Below are positions 15,383 to 28,260 of a stretch of 64,000 nucleotides of DNA, one piece after another (the stretch's first letter is position 1; each line of letters opens with the position of its first letter). Source of the stretch: Octopus sinensis (taxonomy: Eukaryota). Made by a program: the position numbers and the translations under genes. The notes below the pieces were generated by a model. It ran no database searches. It was not told where the DNA came from and saw only the letters and a program-made list of their open reading frames with translations. The DNA is taken from the NCBI RefSeq assembly GCF_006345805.1, contig NC_043004.1, forward strand, positions 67,022,001 through 67,086,000, read 5' to 3'.

Positions 15383-15428
15383 CAGCTACAGACGCGTTTC
15401 AGGGTATTGCCCCTTTTCAATGTAGCCG
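15383..15428 (-). ncRNA. Decayed minimal type I hammerhead
   Basis: Minus strand reads CGGCUACA UUGAAAA GGGG CAAUA CCCU GAAA CGCG UC UGUAGCUG. 8-bp stem I and palindromic stem III; two substitutions in CUGANGA. Lies in a ~250-bp segment between (TA)n tracts. Confidence 0.7.
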
Positions 15429-15541
15429 TGTTCTCTTTTAGAGAGACTTAGTAATTTTAATATTTCTATTATATATATATATATATACACATATTACACA
15501 TGCATACACATACAAGCACGCACACCCTTACTAACACACTG

Positions 15542-15580
<39 letters not shown>

Positions 15581-15585
<5 letters not shown>

Positions 15586-15856
15586 GCAAATATAATATGT
15601 GGCAATTATTCGGTACCCTTGATAAAACTCCGCGTTTCGGATGTCGGGGCGGAAACACACGCTGGCATCTCTTCACTTATCGGGCCCGATAATTGAAGAG
15701 ATGCCGGCATGGGTTTCCGCCCTGACATCCGAAACTCGAAGTTTTATCATGGCTACCGAATAATTGTCTCATATTATATTTGCAGATAAATTCCTCTATT
15801 TATATAATATCGAGGTCTCTTTCATTCTTTTGTTGTCTTACCATTTCTATCAATAT
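15581..15856 (+). mobile_element. PLE-like fold-back element with a decayed HHR in each arm
   Basis: About 104-bp arms centred on GGGCCC (15684/15685), plus a non-inverted tail 15789-15856. Homologous to 61050-61222. Confidence 0.75.
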
Positions 15857-15884
15857 GAATGTATATACATATATATATATATTA

Positions 15885-16430
15885 CATAAGAAGGAAAAGG
15901 AGAACAGAAACCAACGCAGGATGAGTACCTGAAGTCATGTAGAATAATTCATTGAGAGTAAATTTAAAGTCTTACACCTGTTTTGGGGATATCCTAAGTG
16001 ATAAATATATACTTGTCTGTATACTGGATAGTCCCTCTAAGAGACAAGGTGAGTATGTATGAACGTTCTAGACAGGTAAATGCTCAGTTTATAAGGTAAA
16101 AGATGGAGATTAAGGAGCAAAACATATAGTAGAATGCAAGCAGGAGAATAAAGTTCACAGCTCATCCTTTTCCGGAAGGTAATAAGGTTGGTCCCTTCTT
16201 TCCTGAAGGGATACGTCCTTAGGTATAATGCCAAGTTTTTGTAGTCCTTTCTAACCTAATATAATATATACCTGCTAACACAGAAGCCTCATACGGATAC
16301 CTAAATCTAGCTTTCTCTCTGAGCTTCCAACCTATCGGATGACCAATTATAGCACTTACTAAGCATACCTATCCGTTTAGATCACCAGTGAACCCCTCGT
16401 ATTCTTTGTATATATAAATCCTTGTTTGAC
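15885..16430 (-). mobile_element. Decayed PLE-like fragment with relic HHR (15969-16045)
   Basis: Minus strand GUCU CUUAGA GGGA..UCCC C AAAA CAGGUG UA AGAC. Shares TGTGAACTTTATTCTCCTG and TTCATACATAC.CACCTTGT with 56830-56950. Confidence 0.5.
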
Positions 16431-17959
16431 GCGCATGCGCAGGCTCTCACTTTTCCCCCTTAAGCAATTACACAACACATGTAGATTAGATACTTATTGA
16501 AAAGGATTTTTCTCGAACACCACATTCATGTTCGTTCAATCAACGATCCCTCTTCCGTACTTGAGATGTCTTGCACACATTGCAATTGTGTCAGTTCATG
16601 GTTTAGTTAGAAATGATTTATATGTTCCAATTGCCCAAAAGGTTTTGCGGTTTCATTTTACCGTGCTCTGACCTGATTCATTTATTCTCTACTATAGTTG
16701 ACATGGATATTTAACTAAATATATTTTCGAATTATGCCATTATAAAGTTTTTAGTTATAAATTGTTTACATGCTTGTTCTTTTACGTTCCTTAAAGATGG
16801 ATACATTTTAAGCCATTGTGAAAGAGGAAAGAGAGAGGTGGGGTAGATAAGTATTTTTAATTACTTAATTTCAATTTCTGAGTTCGATTTTCGCTGGAGA
16901 ACAACTTCTCTCTTCATTCATTAATCTAAGTTCGCGAACTTGCCAAAGCATTTCTGTTTTCGCTAGCAGGCGTTGCAGCATTTTTTCTCGTTGTTTGTGT
17001 TATCAATTCAAATCCTCTTTTCTTGGAGACTTCATTCCCTGTTGGGTGTAACATCACTTCGAACGCCTTAAGCGCTTTTTGCGCTTTCTACTCTAACAGA
17101 AATTTCTGAGCTTGATATTACCTACCGGCATCAACCTACAAATTTTGGAGGCATTTTAAATAAATAATTTGATTTCACTGTCTTTCTTTTACTGACGGAT
17201 AAGTCATTCACTATATTTCGGTCTATTCTGAGATATATGTTTAAAAGAAATTTCCTGACATTTCAAATATTAGGATTGAATCTGAAACCACGTAGTTGCG
17301 GAGCGGAAATTTTAACGAGCCATACCTGAAATGAAACTAAACAACCACAAAAACAGCAACGCTAATTCGAAAGTCATCGTGAAACAAGTCAGAAAAGTCA
17401 CGCACAATTATATTGAAATAGGTCCTGAAAAAATGGAAACACGTTGAGGTGGTACCATTATGCAATGTACGATATATATGAAATGTGTGGTTAGTGGAGG
17501 ATGTTTCCTTTGAAATGCACAAATGTATATAAATTGATATGTTTTTGCCATCTTACAACACGGAATAATGAATAATTTATTTATTTTGCAATAAAATTTG
17601 TTTTATCTTTGAAGCAAATGAATAACTTAACATAATTTCTGAAGAATTCAATGAATGTAATACATATGTATATATGGATCTATGCAGGAGCATTTGTGTG
17701 CTTACATGTGTGTGTGTCTGTGTGTAATGATTATTTTCAAATGTTTCTTTTCAAATAAGCACACATATATTTAGAAACGCACAGTTTCATAGCGTATATG
17801 CATTTGCTCAACAATACAAGAGAATCTCAACATTGTTGGTTGACGTGGTATAAATAGCAACAAAAGCCCACCGATATGGGAACCTACCACAGAAATCCTT
17901 ATACTATATAGACTTGAGCGATAACCTAGAGCTACATACTACATATCTCTATGTATATA

Positions 17960-17999
<40 letters not shown>

Positions 18000-19204
18000 T
18001 GTGTGTTTAAAGTTAACATGCAAAGATCAAGATGTAGGAATTTAGTAACATTCGAGCAGTCCGTAGAAGGCACAAAAAACAACTTTCAGGGACGATAGTG
18101 GTTTATTGACGTAAAAGATTGTAAATTCTTTCTATATCAAAGTTCGATAACTTGAAAAACGGTAATCTATAGCTTACGGTTAGCAGTTGGGGTTGCTATG
18201 TATGCGAATAAAGATACAAAATCAGGGAATGGAGAAGGTAAAATTCGGAGTACACATGTTTCTTAGCTAGCAAAACCTCTGAAGTTGCAATTGCCAAAAC
18301 GGGAGTTAATCCGCTAACTACTCGTCGGGTCAAAGATACCTTAATCAAATGATGTTTGTAGTGTTCAAGAGATCCCATTTCAACTCGCAGGAGAGTCGAT
18401 CGAATATATATGTAAACTCATAAGTAGATCAGGACTTATATGGATGGAAGCATCACATCAGGGACGAAATATTTTACATGGATAAATGATTTGGGTCTGC
18501 GCAAAATGTGAACAAATGTCAAATACAGTGTAGTTTGCAAACTGAATTAATAATAAATAAAAAAAAAAATTGTGTATGAAGAATTAAACCGTAATATACA
18601 TAAATATACATATAAGCGAATAATTTTGTGAAAATCAGACTTAATGAACTCCTATGACTATAAAACTTGTATATACTAATGCTCTATATTTATTGCGAAG
18701 CGTGTGTGGATTTATACAAAAACAATTTAGGATTTGTGTGTGGGCAGGGACATACCAATCTGTCTGTCCATCTGCCTCTCTGCCCCTCTCCCACCTTCTC
18801 TCTCCATAACGCATATTTTAGCAAGTGTTTCGGGGAATGTGTACAGGGAAAAACGTTATTGTTGCATAATCAAATAAAAAATCGTCTGTTACAAAGTACT
18901 CCCAAGGTATAATTTGTTAGTATATTTACTACAATTTCTTCTTCAAAACAGGTTTCTATATACAAGATCTACAATGTATTTTTAAATTGAAATTAACCCG
19001 AAATGGAATATAAAATATGAATTTAAAATATGCATAAAGTAACATGTATATATAACAAAAATGAAATTACTCTTTTGAACTTCAGATAGTACCATGAAAT
19101 TTAAGCTAGATTTTAAATATATATATATATATGTATGAATGTGTGTGTGCGTGTGTGTGTGAAATACATATTTAGTAGAGGACATCACCAACGAGTGAGA
19201 AATA

Positions 19205-20476
19205 TTATGTTCTTCTGAAAATAATGGCAGCTATAAGTATTGTGTTTTCAAACACAATTTCATCATAGTATCTTAATTATATTTTAGGTGAATTTCGATA
19301 TACTTAATAATTGATGTATGCTCTTTAATAATCTTCTACTTCTTTCAGACAGAAAACATTCTTGAAGCATGGGCGCTTTTAATTATGAACATGAAAAAAG
19401 AGTACTTTCGCTTACTTTACTTGCGTGAGTTCAAGCTTGGGCACAATGCCTCTCGAACTGCTGCCAGTATCAATAGAGCATGGAGAAAGGTGTCCACAAG
19501 TGATTGCAGTGTACGAAGGTGGTTTCAGAAATTCCGTAGTGGTAATGAAAGCCTTGAAGGTGAAGAAGGTAGTCTTGACAACGAACAGTTGAAAGCAATT
19601 GTTGAACAAAGCCTACGTGAAATTGTCAGAGAAATGTCTGAGAAACTTTGAGTCAGTATTGCCACGGTCTCACGAAATCTGAAGAAGTTTGGTGAGGTGG
19701 AAAAGCTCGGTATTTATTGAGGGTACCGCATGAGCTCCATGAAAATCGAAAAGTTCGGCGTTTTGAAGTGTGTTCGACGCTCTTTCTGCAAAACACCAAT
19801 GATCCTTTTCTTGACCGAATACTCATTTGTGTGACAAGTGGATCATTTTTGATCGCTGTAAACAACCAGGTCAATGGCTTAATCGTGATTAGCCACCAAA
19901 ACATTTCCCAAAGCCAAAGTTGCATCAGCAAAAGATTATGGTTACTGTCGAGTTGTCTGCCATTAGTGTTGTCCATTACAGCTTTCTGGAAGCCAACCAG
20001 GACATTACAGCAGAGGTTAACTGCAATCAACTCGCTGAAATGCATGCTCACTTGCAAAACATGAGACCTGCATTGGTGAATCGGCGTCGCCCGATTCTGC
20101 TCAACGATAATGTAAATCCACCTGTTGCAAGAATGATGCTGCAGAAACTCACAGACTTGTGGTTCGAGACTTTACCACATCCTCCATATTCTCCTGATCT
20201 TTCACCCACTGGCTACCATTTTTTAAGCATGTAAACACGTTTTTTAGTGATAAAACTTTCAGGTCCAATCCAGAGGTGGAATCAGCTTTCAAAGATTTCT
20301 TAGCATCAAAGCCAATATGTTGTTATCAACGTGGCATAAATAATCTCGTTGATCGATGGCAGAGATGCATAGCTGTTCACGGCTCATACTTTGACTAATC
20401 AAAACATTTCTATTGTTAATTATTCTAGAATAAAATTATGTTTCTGAAATCGGCCATTATTTATGGAACAACCAAA
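19205..20476 (+). mobile_element. Full-length decayed mariner transposon (~1.27 kb)
   Basis: TA at both ends; degenerate TIRs sharing AAATAATGGC; frameshifted transposase with VRRWFQKFRSG, RVPHEL (WVPHEL) and HPPYSPDLSP.GYHF. Confidence 0.92.
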
Positions 20477-20585
20477 TACGTAAGCACACGAGAGAAAAAT
20501 ACAGAACAGAATATCAAAAGAAGGTAACTCACTCATCTGTTGTCGGATTCTTTATTACTCCCTATTTCATGTTCATATATATATA

Positions 20586-22010
20586 TATGTCAGTGTCTTC
20601 TCAAATCATGCCAAAACCGTAACAGACAATTTGGTTAAAAACATCTCTCTAAGATTGTCTGGCCTGTCCGCCAGTGCCGATATTTTTATGCAGAAAGCGG
20701 ATTTTTATAACGCCGCACTATCCAAGGCCGGTTATAGGCAGAAGGTAATTTATATTGATCCGGCCCTTCCGATGCCATCATTCGGTCATCAGGATAGGGC
20801 CGTATATAATAACATTAACATTTTAAGTAAGGACGGGAGCGCGGCGGATACCGGGGTAGTCGCTCCCGCATTTAATTTAGGGAACAAGGATAATTATCGG
20901 TCCGGGAGGTCTTACACTAACCCAAGACCCGTTATTCATCCGAGAATCACCCACCCAAATGCGAGAGCTGGCGTCCCGACCCATCACACTGATAGGAATA
21001 AGCATATATGGTTTGTAATCCCCTTTGGTAAGCAGATTAGAACTAACCTCCCCCTCATGTTTAGACAAGCCATCGCCAATAACTTCCCCAGAAATTCCAA
21101 ATATTACTCCACGGTTAACTCACATAAAGTTAGGATAGCTTTCTCCAACACTAAAAACCTCGCCCAGATAATCGCCTCCCATAATAATAGGCTACTTACT
21201 AAGACCCTATCACCTTTTTCCGGAGGCACAGCCTCTTCCGCTCCCGGTTTAATGCTCAGTAGGAATAATTATAGTAGTAATAATGATATGAGAGCCAGTA
21301 CAGTGACACATAATCTCAGCTCCAGCCAGGGAGTACCCACTAGGGGTATAGTTATAAATAGGGGTGTTGTGGTTGATGGTAACAATGGGAGTAGGGTAGA
21401 GAGCCCCTTTAGCATCCCCAGCATCATTTCCCGCAATAGCAGTACTACGGGCAGTAGCAATGACAGCACTCTGATAGATAGTGGAGAATCAGGGGTTATT
21501 CCTATAGTTAATAGTGACGTAGTGGAAAATAGAGTAGTAAGCGGCTGCAGGTCTCGGAACGAATATAGTGACAGGAACGCAGTTCTAATTTCAGAAACCA
21601 ATCCTAGCAGAGTAAGATTCACGTCGGCGAACTCCAAGATCAGAAACGCCGTCTACCAATGCAAGGTTTACACGGACTCAGATGCCTTCACTTATATAGG
21701 GGCATCATCCTCAAGATTGTCTTTGCGTGTCTCCAACCATTACGCAACTTTTCGGGACGTGAACAAGCGCCAGACCACGGGACTCAGTAAGCTAATATGG
21801 CGACTGAAGGATGCGAACTTAAGCTATAGGCTGGAATGGTCAATTTTGTCGGTGGCCCTCCCATTTGATAGGGGCAGAAGACAGTGCAACCTTTGTGTCT
21901 CCGAACTCTTCCATATTTTGTTTGCCAGAGGCCGGATGGTAAACGGGCTCTTACAGTCGGCTTTTCGATGCCCCCATTGGCGGCGTTACACTTATCTGGC
22001 CTTTAAATAG
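20586..22010 (+). CDS. PLE protein C-terminal half: RT thumb, expanded linker, GIY-YIG endonuclease (5'-truncated, no true start)
   Basis: Stop-free frame from YVSVFSNH..ISLRLSGLS through HIWF..PF..RTNL and IIASHNNRLL. Endonuclease motifs AVY..YIG, R..NH, LSKLIW.LK, CNLC..E, N, CPH. Confidence 0.82.
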   Translation, partial: YVSVFSNHAKTVTDNLVKNISLRLSGLSASADIFMQKADFYNAALSKAGYRQKVIYIDPALPMPSFGHQDRAVYNNINILSKDGSAADTGVVAPAFNLGNKDNYRSGRSYTNPRPVIHPRITHPNARAGVPTHHTDRNKHIWFVIPFGKQIRTNLPLMFRQAIANNFPRNSKYYSTVNSHKVRIAFSNTKNLAQIIASHNNRLLTKTLSPFSGGTASSAPGLMLSRNNYSSNNDMRASTVTHNLSSSQGVPTRGIVINRGVVVDGNNGSRVESPFSIPSIISRNSSTTGSSNDSTLIDSGESGVIPIVNSDVVENRVVSGCRSRNEYSDRNAVLISETNPSRVRFTSANSKIRNAVYQCKVYTDSDAFTYIGASSSRLSLRVSNHYATFRDVNKRQTTGLSKLIWRLKDANLSYRLEWSILSVALPFDRGRRQCNLCVSELFHILFARGRMVNGLLQSAFRCPHWRRYTYLAFK

Positions 22011-22617
22011 CGTTTATAAATAAGACCGGCACCCATAGCCCTTGGTAACAAATTCTGAAATAGATTTTAAGATATCTACAATTAACCACTGCAAGGGAAA
22101 TTACTCCTGTAAGACAAACGGGGCTTGTTTTTTCACAGCGGGGGGTTTCCTTGTCAAGGTAGGCTTAGATGAACACACACACACACACATAAAACATAAA
22201 ATATATATATATTTCTTTATTTTTTTTCTTTCTGCCACCCAACGGTTATCACGGCAGTAGCCACTGACAGCCGAACGATCAAACGCACACACGTACACAA
22301 AAAATGTTTTCTACCCCTACGCCAACACACACATATATAGAACAGTATACACACACACACGTCTCTAAGTAGATTTTTTCTCGCCCCTTATAAAACATCC
22401 AATATTCTTTAAATAGTCAGAACTTTATTCTCGGTCACAAAGAACATCTATACACCCTCACCCACATGTTTGACCGATGCCTGACCTGTTGAATTCTTCA
22501 GCCACCGGTTCTCAACATACACTGATAAACAGTTTCGCCATGGGCTCTTAGGAGCACAGTTCGATTTGTTTTTTGCTCTGCCTCTGTTCTGTTTTTGTTT
22601 TTCCAACGGATTTCCTT

Positions 22618-22707
22618 TTTTCTTCCTGAAGAGAAAGACACAATATGGTCCCATTATTCAATCGGATTTTGGTAATTTGTGCCTTTCGAAACACGTGTAG
22701 AATGAAA
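22618..22707 (+). ncRNA. Type I hammerhead ribozyme, intact core
   Basis: UUUC-UUC CUGAAGA(22626-32) GAAAGACACAA..UUGUGCCUUUC GAAA(22688-91) CACGUG UA GAA-U-GAAA. Stem II pairs 10 of 11; stem III palindromic; predicted cut after 22699. Confidence 0.85.
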
Positions 22708-22935
22708 TAAAACGATTTCTGTTCAATCTGCGTTCAGCTCCATTTCTTCAATTCACCAATAATGTTTTAATTTCAATTATCCGCACCAACGCACGGTTGC
22801 AACGCCAGATGGTTGTACCTCCAACCGTGCTGTTCACTGCTGTGATTTTTGCTACTAAGGTATCGGTTAAACTTTTGATTAATATACTACAAGATTATTC
22901 ATCTTTCTATTTCACATAATATTATATATATATAT

Positions 22936-22972
<37 letters not shown>

Positions 22973-23737
22973 CATGTTGCCTGGAAATATTTAAGAACAT
23001 ATGATTTAATATGTAAATACTTAGTCACTTCATCTAGACGTAGCTTTAAAATGTGGTTGAGAAATTAATAATAGTAACGAATATAATTATGTTTTAGAAA
23101 TCAATAGAACGCAGTTGCACTAATGAGGTATTGCTAAGACCTAGTCAGTGCTTTATTATTGATTTTGTCAGTATATTGGAGCATAGGATTTACCAAAAAA
23201 CATTGAAAGACAAAAGAACTGTCAATATTCCTCATTAATATGGTCAACATTGATATAACTACATTTTAGCAGCATAAATATCTGCTGACTTCCTTCCAGT
23301 GAACGGTTTTACCAATGCCTTGCCTATTTTGATTACTGATGTACACAACTGTTTAATTACAAGACTTCGTGATACACCTACCATCGTCCGTATTACTGCT
23401 GTTTACAACGATCATTGAATCGGAAATCTGCATATTGTCTGGTCGTTTTGCAATGAATCACGTAAATAACATTGCATTTATTTCTGAATTTTCTTGTACT
23501 TCTTAGTTTGCTATACACAATCGTTTTTACGCATTTTATAATCATCCATGAAATGCGTTAACTTCCCTCGTCTTTTAATACCAATTATGGTAAAAGGTCA
23601 ATATGGTAAATTCTCACAAATTCATTAAAACTTTTAGCTATTTCGAAACTGTACTTTTTTCACTTTCCAGTATTGAGTGTCTTCATGCGTTCCCCAAATT
23701 ATTCTTATAAACATTGAAAACCACCTTTATAATTAAA

Positions 23738-24374
23738 CTAGCAGTATCGCCCGGCGTTGCTCGGGTTTGTAAGGGAAATAACTATATAAGCATTTTTAGA
23801 GAGTTATAGCCCAAAAATAGCAAAAAATGCATTAAAATTGGAAAAAATATGATGGTAATTTTTTTTTTAAATCGTTGACTCATCGTAGACATTTTTAGAG
23901 AGTTACTTCCCTTATATAATAGCGAAAAAATGCATTAAAATGGAAAAAAAAACGATGGTAAATATTTTTTTAAATCGTAGACTCATGTAGACGCTTTCTT
24001 AGCCATTTCTGTTTTGGTGTCTTCAAGCCATGAAGTCGTTGTTCTAAAAGAACACTGGTCTCCTTGACAACGCATTACGACGTTGATTTCCTTACACTCC
24101 CTTCCCCACAGGTGCAGGTGTGAGCGTGGACGCCAACTCCGCCGCCATCGACACACGAAAAATTATGCATTAAAATGGAATAAAAAATGATGTTAAATTA
24201 TTTTTAAATCGTAGACTCATCGTAGACGCGCGCTAATATTCAGACGGGCTCGATATGAATCACGACTATAAGCTACCCGAATTTGGTTAAACTGTACCGC
24301 AAAATGTGGGAGTAGTTAGGAATCTAAATCGAAGGGGACAGACACTCACACAACTACAGTTTTATATATATAGA
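23738..24374 (-). mobile_element. Non-autonomous Helitron
   Basis: Minus strand A|TCTATATATATAAAA...CCCGAGCAACGCCGGG..CTGCTAG|T. Internal ~120-bp repeated units (ATGCATTAAAA..AAATCGTAGACTCAT). Confidence 0.88.
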
Positions 24375-24394
24375 TATACATAGCGCAGTAGTGG

Positions 24395-24760
24395 TGAGAT
24401 ATGACAGCAAAGAAAAGCATACATTCACTCTCTGCATGCAATTAGACTCGGAAAGTTCGTGAGGAACCCATTGACCCAATTTGCTGACTTTTCCGATAGC
24501 ACACAGGTGTCAATGAATGGTTGAATGACCAAATCCAAGCTTCTCTGCTAGTTCCTCAACAGTGACGATGATATTTTGTTCCACCAGGGTTTTCAGGACG
24601 TCCTTGTCGAGTTCTACAGATCTTTCAGGATGAGGCTCGTCTTCTAGGCTGTAGTTTATGGCTCGGGATTTCTGGAACCACCATTGACACTGCCTTACGC
24701 TTATTGTCCAATCCCCATATACTGCATTAATATTTCTTGTACTTTGCACACATTTATATT
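24395..24760 (-). mobile_element. Mariner transposase N-terminal fragment
   Basis: STRNINAVYG..CQWWFQK..SLEDEP..TVEELAEKLG..STIH*HL..GKVSKLGQWVPHELSE. Confidence 0.85.
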
Positions 24761-24939
24761 CTGTTATTCTTTTATATGTTTCAGCCTTGAGGTTGTGGCC
24801 ATGCTGGATCATGTGCGTGTGTGTGTGTGTGTGTGTCTATCTGTCTGTCTGTCTGTATGTATATATGTATATGTATGTGTGTGAACAATAATATTTTCAA
24901 CAGATGTGTTGCAAATGTATCTGATTGTTCTCAAGCTTC

Positions 24940-24981
<42 letters not shown>

Positions 24982-25324
24982 ATATGTATATGTATGTATG
25001 TATGTGTGTATGTATGTATGTGTGTGTGTATGTATGTGTGTGTGTATGTGTGTATGTATGTATGTATGTATGTATGTATGTATGTATGAGTGTATGTTTA
25101 CTTTATTACTAATTACTCTCTTCCAAGAACATTTTCACTCACTCTTAGCTCTTAGCTTCCCATACATTTTACTCATGTATCTATCAGCGTCATAGACAGA
25201 ATACTTTCACTTTAGTTTTCCTCAAATCACTCTGTCGCTATTTACTTTCATTTTATTCGTTGCCCACTGTGTGTGTGCGTTTGCGTGTGGTGTAAACCAG
25301 ACTAAGAAAAGCATTTGACACACA

Positions 25325-25512
25325 CACCAGAATGTGAGTTTTCTGTAAATTTTGCTTAATTGGAGTTTAAATTTTAAAAACTGGACCTGGCATGACGCGA
25401 TGCATTGTACTCTTAAAACTGCTAGGTAAATTGTAATTGAAGAAATCCTATATTGTAGATTTGTATAACTCCCAAAGGGAGGCAGATAAAATCTGCCTTT
25501 TATAATAAGAGA
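25325..25512 (-). mobile_element. Probable Helitron 5' terminal fragment
   Basis: Minus strand begins A|TCTCTTATTATAAAAGGCAGATTTTATCTGCC, a TC start resembling the other Helitron 5' end. No CTAG end identified. Confidence 0.4.
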
Positions 25513-27099
25513 TGGAAATTATACAATTAGCTATATGGAAATTAAAAAAAGGCGATGCCTGGAATGATATTGGCAGCTCCTTGGTTATAAAAAAAGAAAG
25601 GAACAAAAAACGTCCGGGGTCAACGGAAACTTACCGTAGTTGACTTCGTAAGAGTAAGTGTGTAGATAAGCTTACAATGAGTTTGCTAACGTTGTAAAGC
25701 GGTATTTTGCCATTGTTGCATCTGTCTTTTGATTACGGTTGTCACTCTGACAGTGTCATATTCCGAAGTCGTTGATCGAATGTTACTATCTGGCAGTGTA
25801 CGACCCCCGCTCCAATCGTACAGTATTGTTACCCTCAAAAGGATGAATCGTTATAACGTCTACTTAGTACAACAGTATAATTACTATATCAGCACAGACA
25901 CGTCCATCAACACAGACTTCTCGCACTTTTGACCTTTCTAAACTTCTTTCGGCGACCGGCTACTGCCCTATTTATAATGGCTGACTACTATTACTTTTTA
26001 CTGGGAGGGGTGTACAGTTTCAATATACGACGGATAAACAGCGGATAGCAAGAAATTTTTGTTGTAGTAGATTATATGGACTGTGCTACTTAACTGGATT
26101 TGAAGTCAGAAATATAATCTATAAGCTGATAATGGTGCATTTCTGCTATTCTATTGCCATTAGCAAATTCATTAGTTATTAAATAAATTACTAACAATAA
26201 GAAATAGTTTATATTTAAGCAATTAAATTAATGGTATACAATTAAAAACGTGATAAAAAAAGAGAGAGTATATAATTAATTGCTTTTTCTTTTACTAGAA
26301 AATTATTACAAACGGGTGCTATAATGATGCTATAATGGGAAAACAATGGACGTTTGATAAAATGAATTGTCGTTTTATGCAATAATGTAATGTATTTTAC
26401 ACAAATTTTAAAATTTGTGCAGAGAAAAAATTTATATGAAGACAAAAATTGTATAAATATAGAGAAGTATGAAATTAGTATTATAAAAGAGCACGTGATA
26501 TACACTCTCGCTCATTTGATCAGAGGTTAACGCGGACTGGTTCGATATCCGGGTAAACAAAAGCAAAAAAGAAGTACGCATATTAAATATCTCTCACACT
26601 TCTCTCCTTTCCTCTCTCGCCTCCTCTCTCTCTCTGTATATATACATAAACAAACATACGTGCGTTTGTGTGAGTGTATGTGTGTATATACAGATAGGAA
26701 TAGATATAGATAATTGCATATACATACACATATACGCAAGTATGTACTCATTCACACACACATATAAACATATATATATATTTGTAGTGTAAGATATGAA
26801 TTGAGAGAATTGTGCGGTTATCACAGAAAGCTACTCTAACGGATTCAGCTATCAGATTTCACAGTAACCCAGAACAGAGAAGAGCGATGCAGGGTGAGAT
26901 AACTTTCTTTATTTGCATTGGTTTGTGACTATATATTGTATTGAATAATGTGTAGCATGACCATTAATTATATTAAATATATGGAAATACAATCTACACG
27001 ACTCTGAAATTATAACAGGGGTGTAATTTTATTGATGTTAAGTGGTTAAATGAATATATTCATCTCTCAAACTTTTTGATATTTTTAATTCATATATAT

Positions 27100-27392
<293 letters not shown>

Positions 27393-27867
27393 CTGAGTTA
27401 ATATTCATATAACATTGTGCCAACTAATTATTTTTCATAATTATTATATAGTTAAATATTTTTCAGAAACATCCCTGTGTTGGCATTTCATCGGCTGGAA
27501 TACGATTAGTGTTGGAGCTTTCAGAATTCTCTAGCAATACGTTGTACATTACTTTTGGCCAACCCAATGTAGATAAGGATAAACAAAAATCTAAAAGTAC
27601 GATGACAGTACCAACAACAATAACATCAACTCCGCTACGGCGACCTTCAATATAATCGAAGTAATAATAATATTAAGAGTATGTGTGTGAGCGTACGAGT
27701 GTGTGCGTGTGCGTATGCGTGTGCGTAGTGTGTAATTCATTTTGTTTGTTTATATTACACTTTAAGACTCTTCCTCAGTTTTTGTATTTACAGACAGAAC
27801 CCGTGAGAATAGTAGTCGTAACAACCTCTTCAAGAGAAAAATGTAATATATTAGAAAATAAAACTTA

Positions 27868-28260
27868 AGGAGTGGCTTGCTACCAACCACATGGTTCCGG
27901 GTTCATTCCCACTGCGTGGTACCTTGGGCAAGTGTCTTCTAATATAGCCTCAGGCCGACTAAAGCCTTGTGAGTGGATTTGGTAGACGGAAACTGAAAGA
28001 AGCTCGTCCTATGCATGTACATGTATATATATATATATATATATATGTGTATGTGTGTTTGTGTGTCTGTGTTTGTCCCCCCAACATCGCTTGACAACCG
28101 ATGCTGGTGACTTTACGACCCCGTGAATTAGCGGTTCGGCAAAAAAGACCGATAGAATAAGTACTAGGCTTCCAATAATAAGTCCTGAGGTCGATTTGCT
28201 CGACAAAAGGCGGTGCTCCAGCATGGCTGCAATCAAATAAGTGAAACAATAATAGAGTAA
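27868..28260 (+). mobile_element. SINE family B, near full length
   Basis: tRNA-like head with B box GGTTCATTCCC, body, internal (TA)/(TG) tract and LINE-like 3' tail. Confidence 0.85.

Larger units (their letters stand above)
20586..22920 (+). mobile_element. 5'-truncated Penelope-like retroelement with C-terminal GIY-YIG (probably Hydra clade)
   Basis: ORF starts directly at a (TA)n tract; long 3' region contains an intact HHR; element ends at (TA)n near 22922. Confidence 0.82.

Noticed and set aside
19385-20400. SETMAR-like domesticated gene
   Set aside because: No SET domain; TIRs and TA TSD present; multiple frameshifts.
20479-20575. Inverted pseudo-LTR upstream of the PLE ORF
   Set aside because: Its reverse complement does not align with the PLE 3' region.
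21269-21637. 122-aa antisense ORF inside the PLE
   Set aside because: Shadow of the low-complexity sense linker; no motifs.
23790-24230. CRISPR-like repeats
   Set aside because: Irregular internal Helitron repeats, no uniform unique spacers, no cas genes, eukaryotic context.
25791-25830. miR-34-like TGGCAGTGT in a small hairpin
   Set aside because: The match stops after 9 nt and the hairpin is too short for a pre-miRNA.
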